Source: Eledone cirrhosa | Taxonomy: Eukaryota | Direction of reading: 5' to 3' | Assembly: GCA_964016885.1 (NCBI GenBank) | Contig: OZ024743.1 | Coordinates: forward strand, 83,142,001 to 83,206,000 | DNA length: 64,000 nucleotides | Part shown: positions 11,351-22,524 of the stretch, in pieces | Position numbering within the stretch: the first letter of the stretch is position 1 | How the letters are laid out: every line of letters begins with the position of its first letter | Program-made: the position numbers and the translations under genes | The notes under the pieces: model-generated | The model's database searches: none | What the model saw: the letters and a program-made list of their open reading frames with translations, nothing else | What the model was told of the DNA's origin: nothing

Positions 11351-11796
11351 ACTAGACCTGAAAAATGTGCAAGCTCAAAAGCGCCACAGAATGTTATAAT
11401 AAACCTTCAAAAGTGTGGGACTAGAGTTGTTGCTCAAAGATATTGTAATCATTATCTATCATACACTCTGTGACATCCTTTTATAAAAAAGAGACTCATA
11501 ACGAACTCAAGACGACACGATCATTATTTAAGCTAATGTTCAATATCTCATATTAGATGTTTAGTAATGATTAATACAAAATGCACTTCAACCAAATTCT
11601 ATATTATAAATTCACTTAAATAATTATCATATCGTCTTGAATTCGTTATGAGTCTCTTTTTTATAAAAGGATGCCACAGAGTGTACGATAGATAATGATT
11701 ACAATATTTTTGAGCAACAACTCTAGTCTCACACTTTTGAAGGTTTATTATAACATTCTGTGGCTCTTTTGACCTTGTGCATTTTTCAGGTCTAGT
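11351..11796. mobile_element. Fold-back element with ~185-bp inverted arms
   Basis: ACTAGACCTGAAAAATG...(~11535) is the reverse complement of (~11613)...CATTTTTCAGGTCTAGT; TA-rich flanks. Confidence 0.85.
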
Positions 11797-12812
11797 TTAA
11801 TATTTTTTTAAGGCAACGCTTGTATTAGCTCTAGTGAAACATGATATATATTAATAATAAATTATAGTTGTAATGTAATTAGATTATATAATTGTTATTT
11901 TATAAATGATCTTATAAATATTATTGTAAAATGTATTAAAATATTTTCAGACTTTAATATAAACAACTACAAAAAACGATCAATATTAAATAAATATATT
12001 TTACATAATAATTGTTATAGTTGAATTAATAAAAATTAAATATTACATACAAATAGTCTAACATAATAATAAAAAAATAATCTAACATAATAATAATAAA
12101 ATAATCTAACATAAAACGAACAATAATATGGACATATATACAAGTAAATATAATACAACCAATATTATAAGCATGTTATAACGAACTGAAAAAAAATAGT
12201 TAATATAAATTTAAAAAATCATATAAATTAACAATATAACTTACCAAAACGAGAAAAATATTTTGAGGATAAATGACGAAGTGATCACCACAGCCAGCGA
12301 AATCCCTTGAATTTTTTATTCACAAGCTATGCATATATGTCAGACATGCAAACTTAAAACATTCTGTTGTTAGTCACTGCGTGTCTAACAGATATATTTA
12401 TGAGTGTATATGTATGTGTGTAGACATTTCTGTCCATGAATATGATTGTATCTTTATTTGTGTATATGTATATCTATATGTGAGTATGTATATGTACGTG
12501 TGTTTGTATATTTATATGTGTTCTTATATACATGTGTGCACATCTGGATATATTTTCAGTGTCTGTTCTAGATCTCTCAGTACAAATCCCACTGAGGTGA
12601 AGCTGCTTATATATTTTGAGGTCCATAAATGAAATACTGGGGTTGATTCTTCCTGTTTGTCATTGTCTGTCTGTCTACTCTTCTCCCTCTCTCTCTCTAT
12701 ATATATATGAGCGTGACACTTGCCTCTAAACCCGTCTAACCTATGCTAGCGTGGAAGATAGACATTAATCGATGATGATGATATCTAGGGATTGTAACAT
12801 TATTACCACAAC

Positions 12813-12893
12813 AGCAGTCTGATGAGCTATTTATTTTAGAGTCAGGCTAGATCGAACCTTGAGCTGATCGATAGCAAAACGTGCTTCACTGCT
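12813..12893 (+). ncRNA. Degenerate type I hammerhead ribozyme motif
   Basis: agcagt CTGATGA gctat..atagc aAAA cgtgct TC actgct. Stem I is 6 bp and stem II 5 bp; G12>A is consistent with CpG decay. AATAAA follows. Confidence 0.6.
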
Positions 12894-13028
12894 CAATAAA
12901 CGTAATGAAGACATGACAAACCTTCCTTTATATATATGTATATATACACACATATATATTTCTATTGGTGCTTTAAGATAGCGACGTATATATATGAATG
13001 TACGTATTGTATATTTAATAATATACTG

Positions 13029-13340
13029 TATGTTTATTTAAAAACACTTTGAAGGCCTTTTGCTATGAATTTAAGGTATTGACTATAGTCACACACCTGG
13101 CTTCAGCAAAACCAAAGGGAAATAACCAACGATTGTTTCTCACTTTTTAATGGTTAGCAAGGTTATATATCCCCTATTTTTGCTGTGAGCTGTAGAAGGT
13201 GGATTCTTATAAAATTCCAATTATGTTTATGCACTGTTTAAACTCATTAACATACAGGTTGTCTGGAGCTAGGTATGTGACGTCTGTCAATACCTTAAAT
13301 TCATAGCGCAGGGCCTTCAAAATGATTTTAGATAAACATA
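13029..13340. mobile_element. Fold-back/MITE-like element with ~85-bp imperfect TIRs
   Basis: TATGTTTATTTAAAA...GAAGGCC...GCTATGAATTTAAGGTATTGAC is mirrored at 13257-13340. Confidence 0.8.
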
Positions 13341-13705
13341 TCATCATCATCATCATCATCATCGTTTAACGGCCATCTTCCACACTTGCATGGGTTTGGA
13401 CGGGAATTTTCCCACTTGAGGCAAGATTGGTTGTCTTGCTCGTATAGGACTGTCTGGCGGGTTTTCTACGGCTGCATGCCCTTCCTAACACCAACCACAT
13501 CTACAGTGTGGACTGGGAGGTTTTTACCGTGTTACCTACACGGCCACATTACAGCGTGGACTGTGTGTTTTTTTGTCGTGACACCTACATGCCTCATTTT
13601 TTTCGGACTGTATGTTGTGGTACCAACATAACTTTACATCGAAAGGGGTGGTGTGAATGGGGTTGGGGTAGTGGGACGGGGGTGTATTTTTTGTTAGAGG
13701 TGCCT
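13341..13705 (-). mobile_element. 5'-truncated RTE LINE (3' UTR only)
   Basis: Matches 17742-18110; (TGA)n tail. Confidence 0.85.
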
Positions 13706-13750
13706 AAACATACAGTATATTATTAAATATACAATACCTACATTCATATA

Positions 13751-14384
13751 TCTATAAAACTGAGGGTCTGTGTGTGTGTGTGAATCCCTAAAACTCGAGA
13801 AGTACCCAACCGATTTTTTCAAACTTTACATGTGTATTACCTATGTTTCAGGGAGTATTATGCACATACAAGTATTATGCACATAAAATCAACTTTTTGA
13901 TCCCCTAGGGCCTGCAGTAGGTGAAAAACTGCGTTTTTTAAGCTTTTTAGGGTTTTTTGAGGCGTTACGTCATACTGATTTCCTTGAAATTGTAACTATG
14001 TATTAGTCAGTCTCTTCTTCATACCGTGAGCAAAGAAAATCCAACTTTTTTATGGCCTAGGGCCACATTAGGTGAAAAACTTCATTTTTTCAGCTTTTTA
14101 GGGCTTTTTGGAGGCGTTACGTCTAGCCGATTTTCCCGAAATTTCAAGGCATGTTATGCACATAAAAAAAATTCATTTTCTTGATCCCCTAGGGCCCGCA
14201 TTAGGTGAAAACCTGCATTTTTCCTGCTTCATCGAGGAAAATCTTAAAGATTATCCAGCCATCAGAGTATTCAGTTTATTTTCTTTACATATTGTCCAGG
14301 CATGCAGTTTTTCCACGATTAGGTCTGTTGGCGGCCTGCATTCCAAAATACCTTCTCCCGTGCAACGCCGGGTACCACTGCTAG
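13751..14384 (+). mobile_element. Non-autonomous Helitron
   Basis: 5' A|TC terminus; 3' hairpin CCCGTGCAACGCCGGG then CTAG|T; internal ~145-bp repeats; ends resemble those of 32353-35046. Confidence 0.8.
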
Positions 14385-14528
14385 TATATATATAAACTTA
14401 AGAAAATTAACAAATTGAGGACCAGACAAATGAAAACATGGCAAAACGAAAATCCATTTTTTTTAAGGGGAAACCGTAAAAAAATTTTTGAAAAGCAAAA
14501 TACAAATGAAAAACACAGAACTCCAGGT

Positions 14529-14655
14529 TCATCAGCTGTTGAGATGGACCTTGCCAGTTTCAACCCCTACCAACGGTATTGCTTGTACACCCGGGGTGAG
14601 AGGAGGTGACAAATATTAAAATACGTTCATCAGATCTCAGACTACCTGCAGTTTC
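14529..14655 (-). ncRNA. Tandem hammerhead-like motifs (two CTGATGA cores, two GAAA...GTC halves)
   Basis: Central unit: tgagat CTGATGA ...ggtt GAAA ctggcaagG TC c atctca, with a 6-bp stem I and an imperfect stem II. Confidence 0.5.
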
Positions 14656-15085
14656 AATCTGAGATTACTGCGAAGAATGGGAGGCTCGTAAGAATGGAGA
14701 AATAAATATCTTCGTTGGTACCCATTCTATTTCTTCCTATCATTTCTTCAAGTCAACTCACAGCCGCTGATTTCTGTCCTTCGACGTAATGTTTTACCCA
14801 ACACCACTTCGATGGTATTTTACTGTTTTAACAGCTTCCTTACGCTGAGTTTTTCTACTTTCCTACAAATTCTAATACACTGGCGTTTCAAAACTCGATA
14901 TCTGAGTTAATATTCTTTATATATAAAAGGAAAACGAACACAGACATATACATATGTGTTCAAATCGTAAGGGACTAGATTTGCAAAGGTGAAAAGAATA
15001 CTAACTATAGACAATAGGGTTTGTAAGACTTAATTTAAGAATAAATCAAGAAAATAAATACAAACCATAATTGCGGTAACTACCA

Positions 15086-15168
15086 ATCAGCCGGACAGTT
15101 TTGATAATACTGTTTCGCAATATTAATTGTGAAAAGGACTACTATATTCTCGCTGATCAGTGGGTGAT
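15086..15168 (-). ncRNA. Degenerate type I hammerhead motif
   Basis: atcaccca CTGATcA gcga..ttgc GAAA cagt-attatcaaa-actg TC cggctgat. G8>C; stem I has 6 of 8 pairs. Confidence 0.55.
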
Positions 15169-15592
15169 GAAATGTTAGTATCCTGGTCACTTCTAAAAAA
15201 AAACTGGATAGTGTGTTTATATATAACGCACCTGGTATCAGAACTTAGCGTGTCTCACAAACTCACACCACTAAAAATAGCAGCCGGGTTTACTCGACAT
15301 TTGAATTAGCTTGACGAATTAACGGAGCCGAATATATTCAAGACATATGTTGAGTTAGAAACTCAAAATAGTCTCTTACAATAAATTAGCTCTGGGAAAT
15401 TGTCTATAGTTAGTATTCTTTTCACCTTAGCGAATCTAGTCCCTTACGATTTGACCACATATATGTATGTCTGTGTTTGTTTTTCTTTTTGTTCAATTAT
15501 ATTATACGGCTCGGAAAAATCTCTTTCCTAGAGCAAATTTATTGTAAGAGACTATTTTGAGTTTCTAACTCAATATATGCCTAGAATATATT

Positions 15593-15642
<50 letters not shown>

Positions 15643-15645
<3 letters not shown>

Positions 15646-15920
15646 GGGCAGGTAAAATTCCCGAGATCCATGGACGTGTTCTCTCCATCGGTCTCTGTCC
15701 CTTATCATCGCTGCGATGTCCTGCATCTCCAAGGGACTGGTGTCTGTCCTTAGGGCATCAATATATGTCAACCTCGGTCTCCATCTTCTAGTGTGTCCCA
15801 CAGGAACACTGAGTGCAGTGTCAACTCTGAATGTCGGTGAGCATGTCCAGCTAACCTTAGTCTCCTCTGTGCTACATTTCAGATGACTTTAGGGAGACTC
15901 CCATACAGCTCTGAGTTCAT
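15643..15920 (-). mobile_element. RTE-like LINE 3' fragment ending in (TA)n
   Basis: RRLRLAGHAHR and GRPRLTYIDAL-like translation. Confidence 0.6.
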
Positions 15921-16068
15921 ATATATATATATAATATATGTAGTAATAAACAGTAAATCGTATGTCTAATATTATGAGGGTTGAAGAACCACATTTGTTT
16001 GAAATATTTAACCATGAAACAGACAGAAAGATAAAAATATATACAGACCACCTAAATAACTATTATAT

Positions 16069-16150
16069 CTCCCAGACAGATTAGTGATTAATCTGTTTCG
16101 CCCTGGGTGTGTTTGTAACAGATAATCCACGGGCATCATCAGCGATAGAA
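16069..16150 (-). ncRNA. Type I hammerhead ribozyme, intact catalytic core
   Basis: tcg CTGATGA t gccc..gggc GAAA cagatta-atcac-taatctg TC tgg. Stem III is 8 bp; GUC cleavage site at 16077-16075. Confidence 0.75.
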
Positions 16151-16220
16151 TCTGATTAAATGTGAAATATTCCTTTTGTGTGACTGTTAACATTAGGTGT
16201 TTGTCGCATTTAATCAGATT

Positions 16221-16303
16221 CTCTCGTTGATGATGCCCGTGGATTAATTATCTGTTACAAAGACACTCAGGGTGAAACAGATTAATCACTAATCTGTCCG
16301 GGA
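16221..16303 (+). ncRNA. Type I hammerhead ribozyme, C3>U variant
   Basis: tctcg tTGATGA t gccc..gggt GAAA cagatta-atcac-taatctg TC cggga; 5-bp stem I. Confidence 0.7.
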
Positions 16304-16357
16304 AATATAATAGTTATTGAGGTGGTCTTTACTGTGTTTATTACTACATATATTATT

Positions 16358-16531
16358 ATAATTGTTTCTACTTTAGGCACAAGGCCAGCAATTACTCAGT
16401 GCATTACTGGTATTTTATTTTATCGATCCCCGTAAGCATGAAAGGCAAAGTCAACCTCGGCGGGATTTGAACTCAGATTGTAAAGGGACGTAACTATGCT
16501 GGAAAGCATGGCGTCCGACCCTCCACCGCCC
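16358..16531 (-). mobile_element. SINE family B (Meta/MESC-like central domain)
   Basis: B box GAGTTCAAATCC and GCCGAGGTTGACTTTGCCTTTCAT...TCGATAAAATAAA core. Confidence 0.85.
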
Positions 16532-16841
16532 TTTTATTATTATTATTATAATGTTCAGTATTTATACTTTGAGCTTGCTAATTACAGGGTTTCAGTATGA
16601 GTTATTAACTCTAGCTTTCATTTATATATATATATATATATCGATATATATATTGTTATACTTGGAGAGGGTCATATTGTTAAAATATTGCGAGAAATAA
16701 TAACAGAATACACTCACTGTTTGGTTTGGGTTGGTTTTCGCTTCTGTGTCTTATATATCTCCATAGTTAATTTATCTGGCAATCAATGTTTATCATTGAT
16801 TGACCAACGGTTAAAAATACAGATATAAATATATATATAGT

Positions 16842-17186
16842 CTATCGAAGTTCTTTCGACACACATCCGTGGCTCCCGATTCTGTCTCTTTGGTTGTAGC
16901 CAGAGAACTGCATGCAGTTGATGAATTGTTGGATGTGTCTTTCCATTTCAGTTGGGTCACACATGCGGGACACATTCTTCATCACTCTTACCAAGTCTGC
17001 GATCAGAATATTAAACTTAGCACTATTGGACATTGCAGAGTTTTTGAGTATCAGGTATTTGGAGGCCATGGGTTTAGCATAGTGTGAGTGGAGAATTTGG
17101 GCCCTCTTGTATGTAGTGTTTAACAAGAGTTCCGTGTCTAATACTGGTAGTCTATTGTTAGGGTGTTTGGAAGGGTAGTTAAACAT
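16842..17186 (-). mobile_element. Penelope-like RT fragment (motif 7 and thumb)
   Basis: YPSKHPNNRLPVLD...HYAKPMAS...SAM...MQFSGY resembles the PLE RT C-terminal region. Confidence 0.7.
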
Positions 17187-17741
17187 TATATAACCTCCTC
17201 AGTGACAAGGCTGTTATTTAGTGTCTCTCCTTTGTTCTGTCCGACACCATCTAGTTTTTGTGAACTCACAAAAACAAGAGATTATTTCTTGTGTTAATTT
17301 TTACTAAACAACAAAACACATTGATTACATCTGAAGGAGCTAAGCTGACAAAGATTTACTTAATGTCTATATTAATGTATGTAAATAATAGAATTATGTG
17401 AACCCTTCAACGATACAGTAATTATTTACAAGTGAAAATATAACAACATTGGAAAAATATATTTCTTCAATATAGTCAATGTTAATCCTAACTTTGCTGA
17501 CTGTTTCTCTATACATGGCTTTATGATCATGTCTCCAAAACATGTACCAGACAGTGTTTCAGGTAGCTCTTTACAGTATTAGAACCTTATGTCACCAACG
17601 AAACCCTACACCAACAAATGTCCCTTCAATATCAAAACAGGTCCCTGAAATACAGTTACTCAATCTCTATTTCACAGGTTGACCCAGACATAGTCCTAAT
17701 GAAAGGAAATCCTTGTGGAATCATAGGGGTACCTTAGTGAC

Positions 17742-20700
17742 ATCATCATCATCATCATCATCAACGTTTAACGTCCGTGTTCCACGCTTGCATGGGTTTG
17801 GACGGGGGTAGTCCCACTTGAGGCAAGAGTGATTGTCTTGCTCGCATAGGACCGTCTGGCAGGTCTTCTACAGTTGGATGCCCTTCCTAACACCAACCAC
17901 ATTTACAGTGTGGGTCTGGGAGGTTTTTACCGTGTTGCCTACACGGCCACATTACAGCGTGGACTGTGTGTTTTTTTGTCGTGACACCTACACGATCTCA
18001 TTTGTTTCGGCCCGGATGGCGCGGCACCAACATAACTTTACATAGGACGGGGTGGTGTGGATGGGGTGGGGGTGGTGGTGGTGGGACGGGGTGTATTTTG
18101 TTAGAGATGCCTACTGGCAAGGCGGGTCTTCTCTGTTACTGAGTACCGCCAAAGGTCTCGGTCCAGTGACATTGTCTTGGAGAGGTGTAAGTGTGTGAGG
18201 TCGGAGTTTATCAGCTCGTCCCAGGTTTTTCTAGGTCTGCCTATTCCGTGGCTACCGTCTATCTTTATTGCCCTGCACTTTGTTATACAGCTATCGACTT
18301 TCATGCGCATCACGTGTCCATACCAACGTAGCCTTCTCTCGAGTAAACAACATCTGATCCCTCTTATCTCTAATTTTTTCCTTAGTTCGTTTATGCTTTG
18401 CCGTTCACGTATATTACTGTTACACATCCAGCGGAGCATGCAAGCTTCGTTCCTCTCTAGTCTGCGTATATCCTCTGCACACAATGCCCAGGTCTCACTG
18501 CCATGCAACATTGCTGTTCGTATGCAGGCATCGTACAACCTGCCTTTCATTTTTAGGGAGAACCCTTTAGCAGCTAATAGTGGTATAAGCTCTCTGAACT
18601 TTTTCCAACCAGTTCTGACTCTAGCTACAGTACTTTCAGAGCACCCTCCCCCACTGCTGATTTTATCGCCCAGGTAACGGAAGCTGTCCACTATTTCTAT
18701 AGAACCCTCTGCGCAATTGAAAGAGCTAGTATTGTGTGGGCACTTGCTGCTACTTATTGCACCAGAACACCGGCCACATGTAAAATCTATGTTCTTAGTT
18801 AGCTTACCTGTGATCCCACTACATCTTTTATGCACCCATACTTTGCATTTAGGACACAAAATGGAGTTTCTACCTACGCCTTTCCTACACACCGAGCACG
18901 ACCATTTCCCAGAAGGGACCGCCGCCTTGTTTTCTTTCCTACAAACTAGAACTTTGGTCTTAGCCAGGTTAATTTTAAGTCCTTTTGACTCTAGGCCGTG
19001 CTTCCATGTTTGGAATTTCTTCTCTAGCTCGGCCATTGATTCCGCTATGAGTGTCAGGTCGTCTGCGTATAGGAGTTCCCATGGGCAGCCTGTCTTGAAC
19101 TCCTCTGTTATAGCCTGAAGGGCAATAATAAATAGTAGGGGGCTGAGAACAGAGCCCTGATGGACGCCAACTTTTACGCTAAACTCTTCACTATATTCGT
19201 TGTTAATTCTAACCTTGCTGACTGTTTCTTTATACATGGCTTGTATAGCCCTCACAAGCCATTCGTCAACGCCTAGTTTTCTAAGAGCCCACCAGATAAT
19301 GGAGCGGGGGACTCTGTCGAAGGCTTTCTCCAAGTCGACAAAAGCTAAGTAGAGGGGTTTACCTTTAGCTAGGTACTTCTCCTGTAGTTGTCGTACTATG
19401 AAAAGAGCGTCTGTGGTACTTTTGCCTGACACAAACCCGAACTGCATTTCATCTAGGTCAATTCTCTCTCTGATTAGTTGCGCTATTACTTTTTCTGTGA
19501 CCTTCATGACCTGGTCGATTAATTTAATGCCTCTATAGTTACTCCTATCTAGGGCGTCTCCTTTACCCTTATAACAGTTAACGATGATGCTGCTATGCCA
19601 GTCCTTCGGAACAGCCCCATTCTGTACGACTTGGTTAACTATGCGGGTGACCATGGTGTGTCCCACCGTGCCAGATGCCTTCAGCATCTCAGCAACTATT
19701 TCCGAAGGCCCAGCCGCCTTACCTGTCTTCATATCCTTGATTGCCTTACTTATTATACTCCCCTCGACTAACACTGCTGGTCCCTCTATTGGGTCGACAT
19801 GGGGGAGACTGTCTTTCTCCCATTTATTCTCCTCATTTAGTAGCCTTTCATAGTGACACTTCCAAGCTGCCTTCTTATCAGTGTCGGTGATGGCAAGTAT
19901 GCCATCATCGTTAAGTACACACTTCTCCCCGACAATATCACGGTTTTCCTTGACGCATTGCCTAGCAATCCTGAACACCTCACGTTTTTGGTCATCGCGT
20001 TGTAGGACATGCTTGAACTTTCTTTCCTCAGCTTCCCTTCTTGCTAAGTACACTTCTCTCCTAGCTTCCCTCCTGGCCACTTGATAGTCTACTCTACTTC
20101 CCCCATCCCGCCATACTTTCCAAGCCTGCTTTTTGGCCTTAATTGACTCCTCCACCTTACTGTTCCACCACCATGTTACTCTCCTCCTGCCTACAGGACT
20201 GCTCCAGCCACAGACTTCGTCTGTGGCCAACAGCAGGTTTGCTTTCAGAAATTCCCACTGTCCCTCTATATTGTCCGACTCTAAGTGTTCTTCCTTACTG
20301 TCGAAAGCATCAAGTAATATGTTTTGAAATTTATTTTTGGCTGTGGGGTCCTTTAGCTTCCATATTTTTCTCCTGAGGATAGTCCTCTTCTGCTGTCGAG
20401 TACGTCTCGACCTGACTATGAGGTCGCTAATTATCAGTCTATGTTGGGAGGTGCATTCTTCATGGGGGAGGGATTTAGTGTTTACAACAGACACTCTGTC
20501 ACGTCTTCTGGTAAGGATATAATCTACCTGGCTTGTGTGTTCCCCGGATCTATAGGTGATCAGGTGATTGTCACGTTTTTTGAAGTTAGTGTTACAGATA
20601 GTTAGGTTATTTGCATCACAGAATTCCAGGATTCTGGAGCCTTCCTCATTTCTAGTACCAAACCCATAGCCTCCATGGATTTCGTCGTAGCCGTCACAAT

Positions 20701-21075
20701 GTTGCCCAACGTGACCATTTAGGTCGCCTGCAATAATTATATAGTCACTGTCAGATATTTGGGAGGTAGTGAGCATCAGTGTCTCATAGAATCTGTCTTT
20801 TATAGTGCCGGGCAGTCCGGATTGGGGTGCATACGCAGATATTACTGTCACCGTAGTTCTATTGAGGACAAGTCGTATTTTAATTATTCTGTCGTTCACT
20901 CTATTTACGTCTATTATCTTATCCGCCCACTTTTCTGCTACCATGATTCCTACTCCACCCAGCCCATCGTCGTTTCCCACCCAGAAAAGCTTATAACATC
21001 GTTTTTTACCCTCAATGAATCTAGCAGACCCACCCCTCCACCTGGTCTCTTGAATACATATAACATTATATAATA
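17742..21075 (-). mobile_element. Young, slightly 5'-truncated RTE-clade LINE
   Basis: Uninterrupted ORF plus a 360-bp modular 3' UTR ending in (TGA)n. Confidence 0.95.
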
Positions 21076-21088
21076 TGACATATAACAT
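18101..21088 (-). CDS. RTE ORF: AP endonuclease, reverse transcriptase and PHD-like finger
   Basis: IQETRW, YAPQ, GDLNGH, VDY and SQHR (APE); QFGF, FVDLEKAFD, HQGSVLSP and YADD (RT); C4HC3 insert. The first APE motif is missing, so the predicted start is spurious. Confidence 0.9.
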   Translation of the reverse strand: MLYVILYNVICIQETRWRGGSARFIEGKKRCYKLFWVGNDDGLGGVGIMVAEKWADKIIDVNRVNDRIIKIRLVLNRTTVTVISAYAPQSGLPGTIKDRFYETLMLTTSQISDSDYIIIAGDLNGHVGQHCDGYDEIHGGYGFGTRNEEGSRILEFCDANNLTICNTNFKKRDNHLITYRSGEHTSQVDYILTRRRDRVSVVNTKSLPHEECTSQHRLIISDLIVRSRRTRQQKRTILRRKIWKLKDPTAKNKFQNILLDAFDSKEEHLESDNIEGQWEFLKANLLLATDEVCGWSSPVGRRRVTWWWNSKVEESIKAKKQAWKVWRDGGSRVDYQVARREARREVYLARREAEERKFKHVLQRDDQKREVFRIARQCVKENRDIVGEKCVLNDDGILAITDTDKKAAWKCHYERLLNEENKWEKDSLPHVDPIEGPAVLVEGSIISKAIKDMKTGKAAGPSEIVAEMLKASGTVGHTMVTRIVNQVVQNGAVPKDWHSSIIVNCYKGKGDALDRSNYRGIKLIDQVMKVTEKVIAQLIRERIDLDEMQFGFVSGKSTTDALFIVRQLQEKYLAKGKPLYLAFVDLEKAFDRVPRSIIWWALRKLGVDEWLVRAIQAMYKETVSKVRINNEYSEEFSVKVGVHQGSVLSPLLFIIALQAITEEFKTGCPWELLYADDLTLIAESMAELEKKFQTWKHGLESKGLKINLAKTKVLVCRKENKAAVPSGKWSCSVCRKGVGRNSILCPKCKVWVHKRCSGITGKLTKNIDFTCGRCSGAISSSKCPHNTSSFNCAEGSIEIVDSFRYLGDKISSGGGCSESTVARVRTGWKKFRELIPLLAAKGFSLKMKGRLYDACIRTAMLHGSETWALCAEDIRRLERNEACMLRWMCNSNIRERQSINELRKKLEIRGIRCCLLERRLRWYGHVMRMKVDSCITKCRAIKIDGSHGIGRPRKTWDELINSDLTHLHLSKTMSLDRDLWRYSVTEKTRLASRHL

Positions 21089-21172
21089 TTATTGGGTATT
21101 TTAGACCTGGTGGAGACAACACCCTTCTTCCAGATCTGAATACACTTGATTTCTTCCAGAGAAAGGGATATA

Positions 21173-21222
<50 letters not shown>

Positions 21223-21735
21223 ATGGACCTGTAAATCTTGGGGTAGTTGTAGGGGTACTCTAGTGGATTTCAGTCTTTGTTGCACATATTTTAAAACCTG
21301 ATGGATCCCATCTCCTCTCCAGGTCTGAACACAATTGAGATCTGAATAAAACTTCAAGGGAAATCAGATATTGTATGGATTCATATAGATTCATTAGCCT
21401 CCTGGTCTAAACTCAACTGATTCCTCCTGGAGAAGGAGAGAGAAGTGAGAAAAAGATATTGAGAAAGAATTGACTCCTACTAATAAAAAGGTGGAAGTTA
21501 AACTGGTGTTGACATGTCATCAGGAGAGGAGATGATACCTATGTTACAAAGTCCTATAAGAATGAATTTGTCTTTGGTTGTTTAATAAAAACTAACACAA
21601 CTCATTGATTATATGTGAAAAAAGTAAGTTGACAAAGATTTACTTAATGTCTATATTAATGTAAATATTATAATTATGTGAACCTTTCAACGATACTGTA
21701 ATTATATACAAGGGAAAACATTTATAACAACATTA

Positions 21736-22517
21736 CCACTAATACTAAATACTATACTGTACATTAGATAATGTAGTCCTAGATACACTATGTCTGATAG
21801 CCACTAATACTAACTACTGTGCTATACTGTACATTAGATAATGTAGTCCTACATACACTATATCTGATAGCCAGTAATACTAACTACTGTACATTTGATA
21901 ATGTAGTCCTAGATATACTATGTCTGATAGCCACTAACACTAACTACTATACTGTACATTAGATAATGTAGTCCTAGATACACTATGTCTGATAGCCACT
22001 AATACTAACTACTGTACTGTATATTAGATAATGTAGTCCTGAATACACAATGTCTGATAACCACTAATACTAACTACTGTACTGTATATTAGATATTTTA
22101 GTCCTAGGTACACTGTCTGATAGTCACTAATACTAACTACTGTAAAGTACATTAGATAATGTAGTCCTAGATACACTATGTCTAATGGCCACTAATACTA
22201 ACTACTGTAAAGTACATTAGATAATGTAGTCCTAGATACACTATGTCTAATAGCCACTAATACTAACTACTGTACTGTACATTAGATAATGTAGTCCTAG
22301 ATACACTATGTCTGATAGCCACTAATACTAACTACTATACTGTACATTAGATAATGTAGTCCTAGATACACTGTCTGATAGTCACTAATACTAACTACAG
22401 TAGTGTACATTAGATAATGTAGTCCTAGATACACTATGTCTGATAGCCACTAATACTAACTACTGTACTGTACATTAGATAATGTAGTCCTAGATACACT
22501 ATGTCTGATAGTCACTA
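21736..22517 (+). repeat. 65-bp minisatellite, about 12 copies
   Basis: Unit CCACTAATACTAACTACTGTACTGTACATTAGATAATGTAGTCCTAGATACACTATGTCTGATAG. Confidence 0.95.
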
Positions 22518-22524
22518 GTATATA

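Larger units (their letters stand above)
15931..16357. mobile_element. Palindromic element carrying a hammerhead on each arm
   Basis: Inner arms 16045-16165 and 16204-16328; outer arms 15931-15957 and 16328-16357; TA flanks. Confidence 0.85.

Noticed and set aside
21736-22517. Regular repeat array resembling CRISPR
   Set aside because: Head-to-tail units with no unique spacers, no cas genes and a eukaryotic context.
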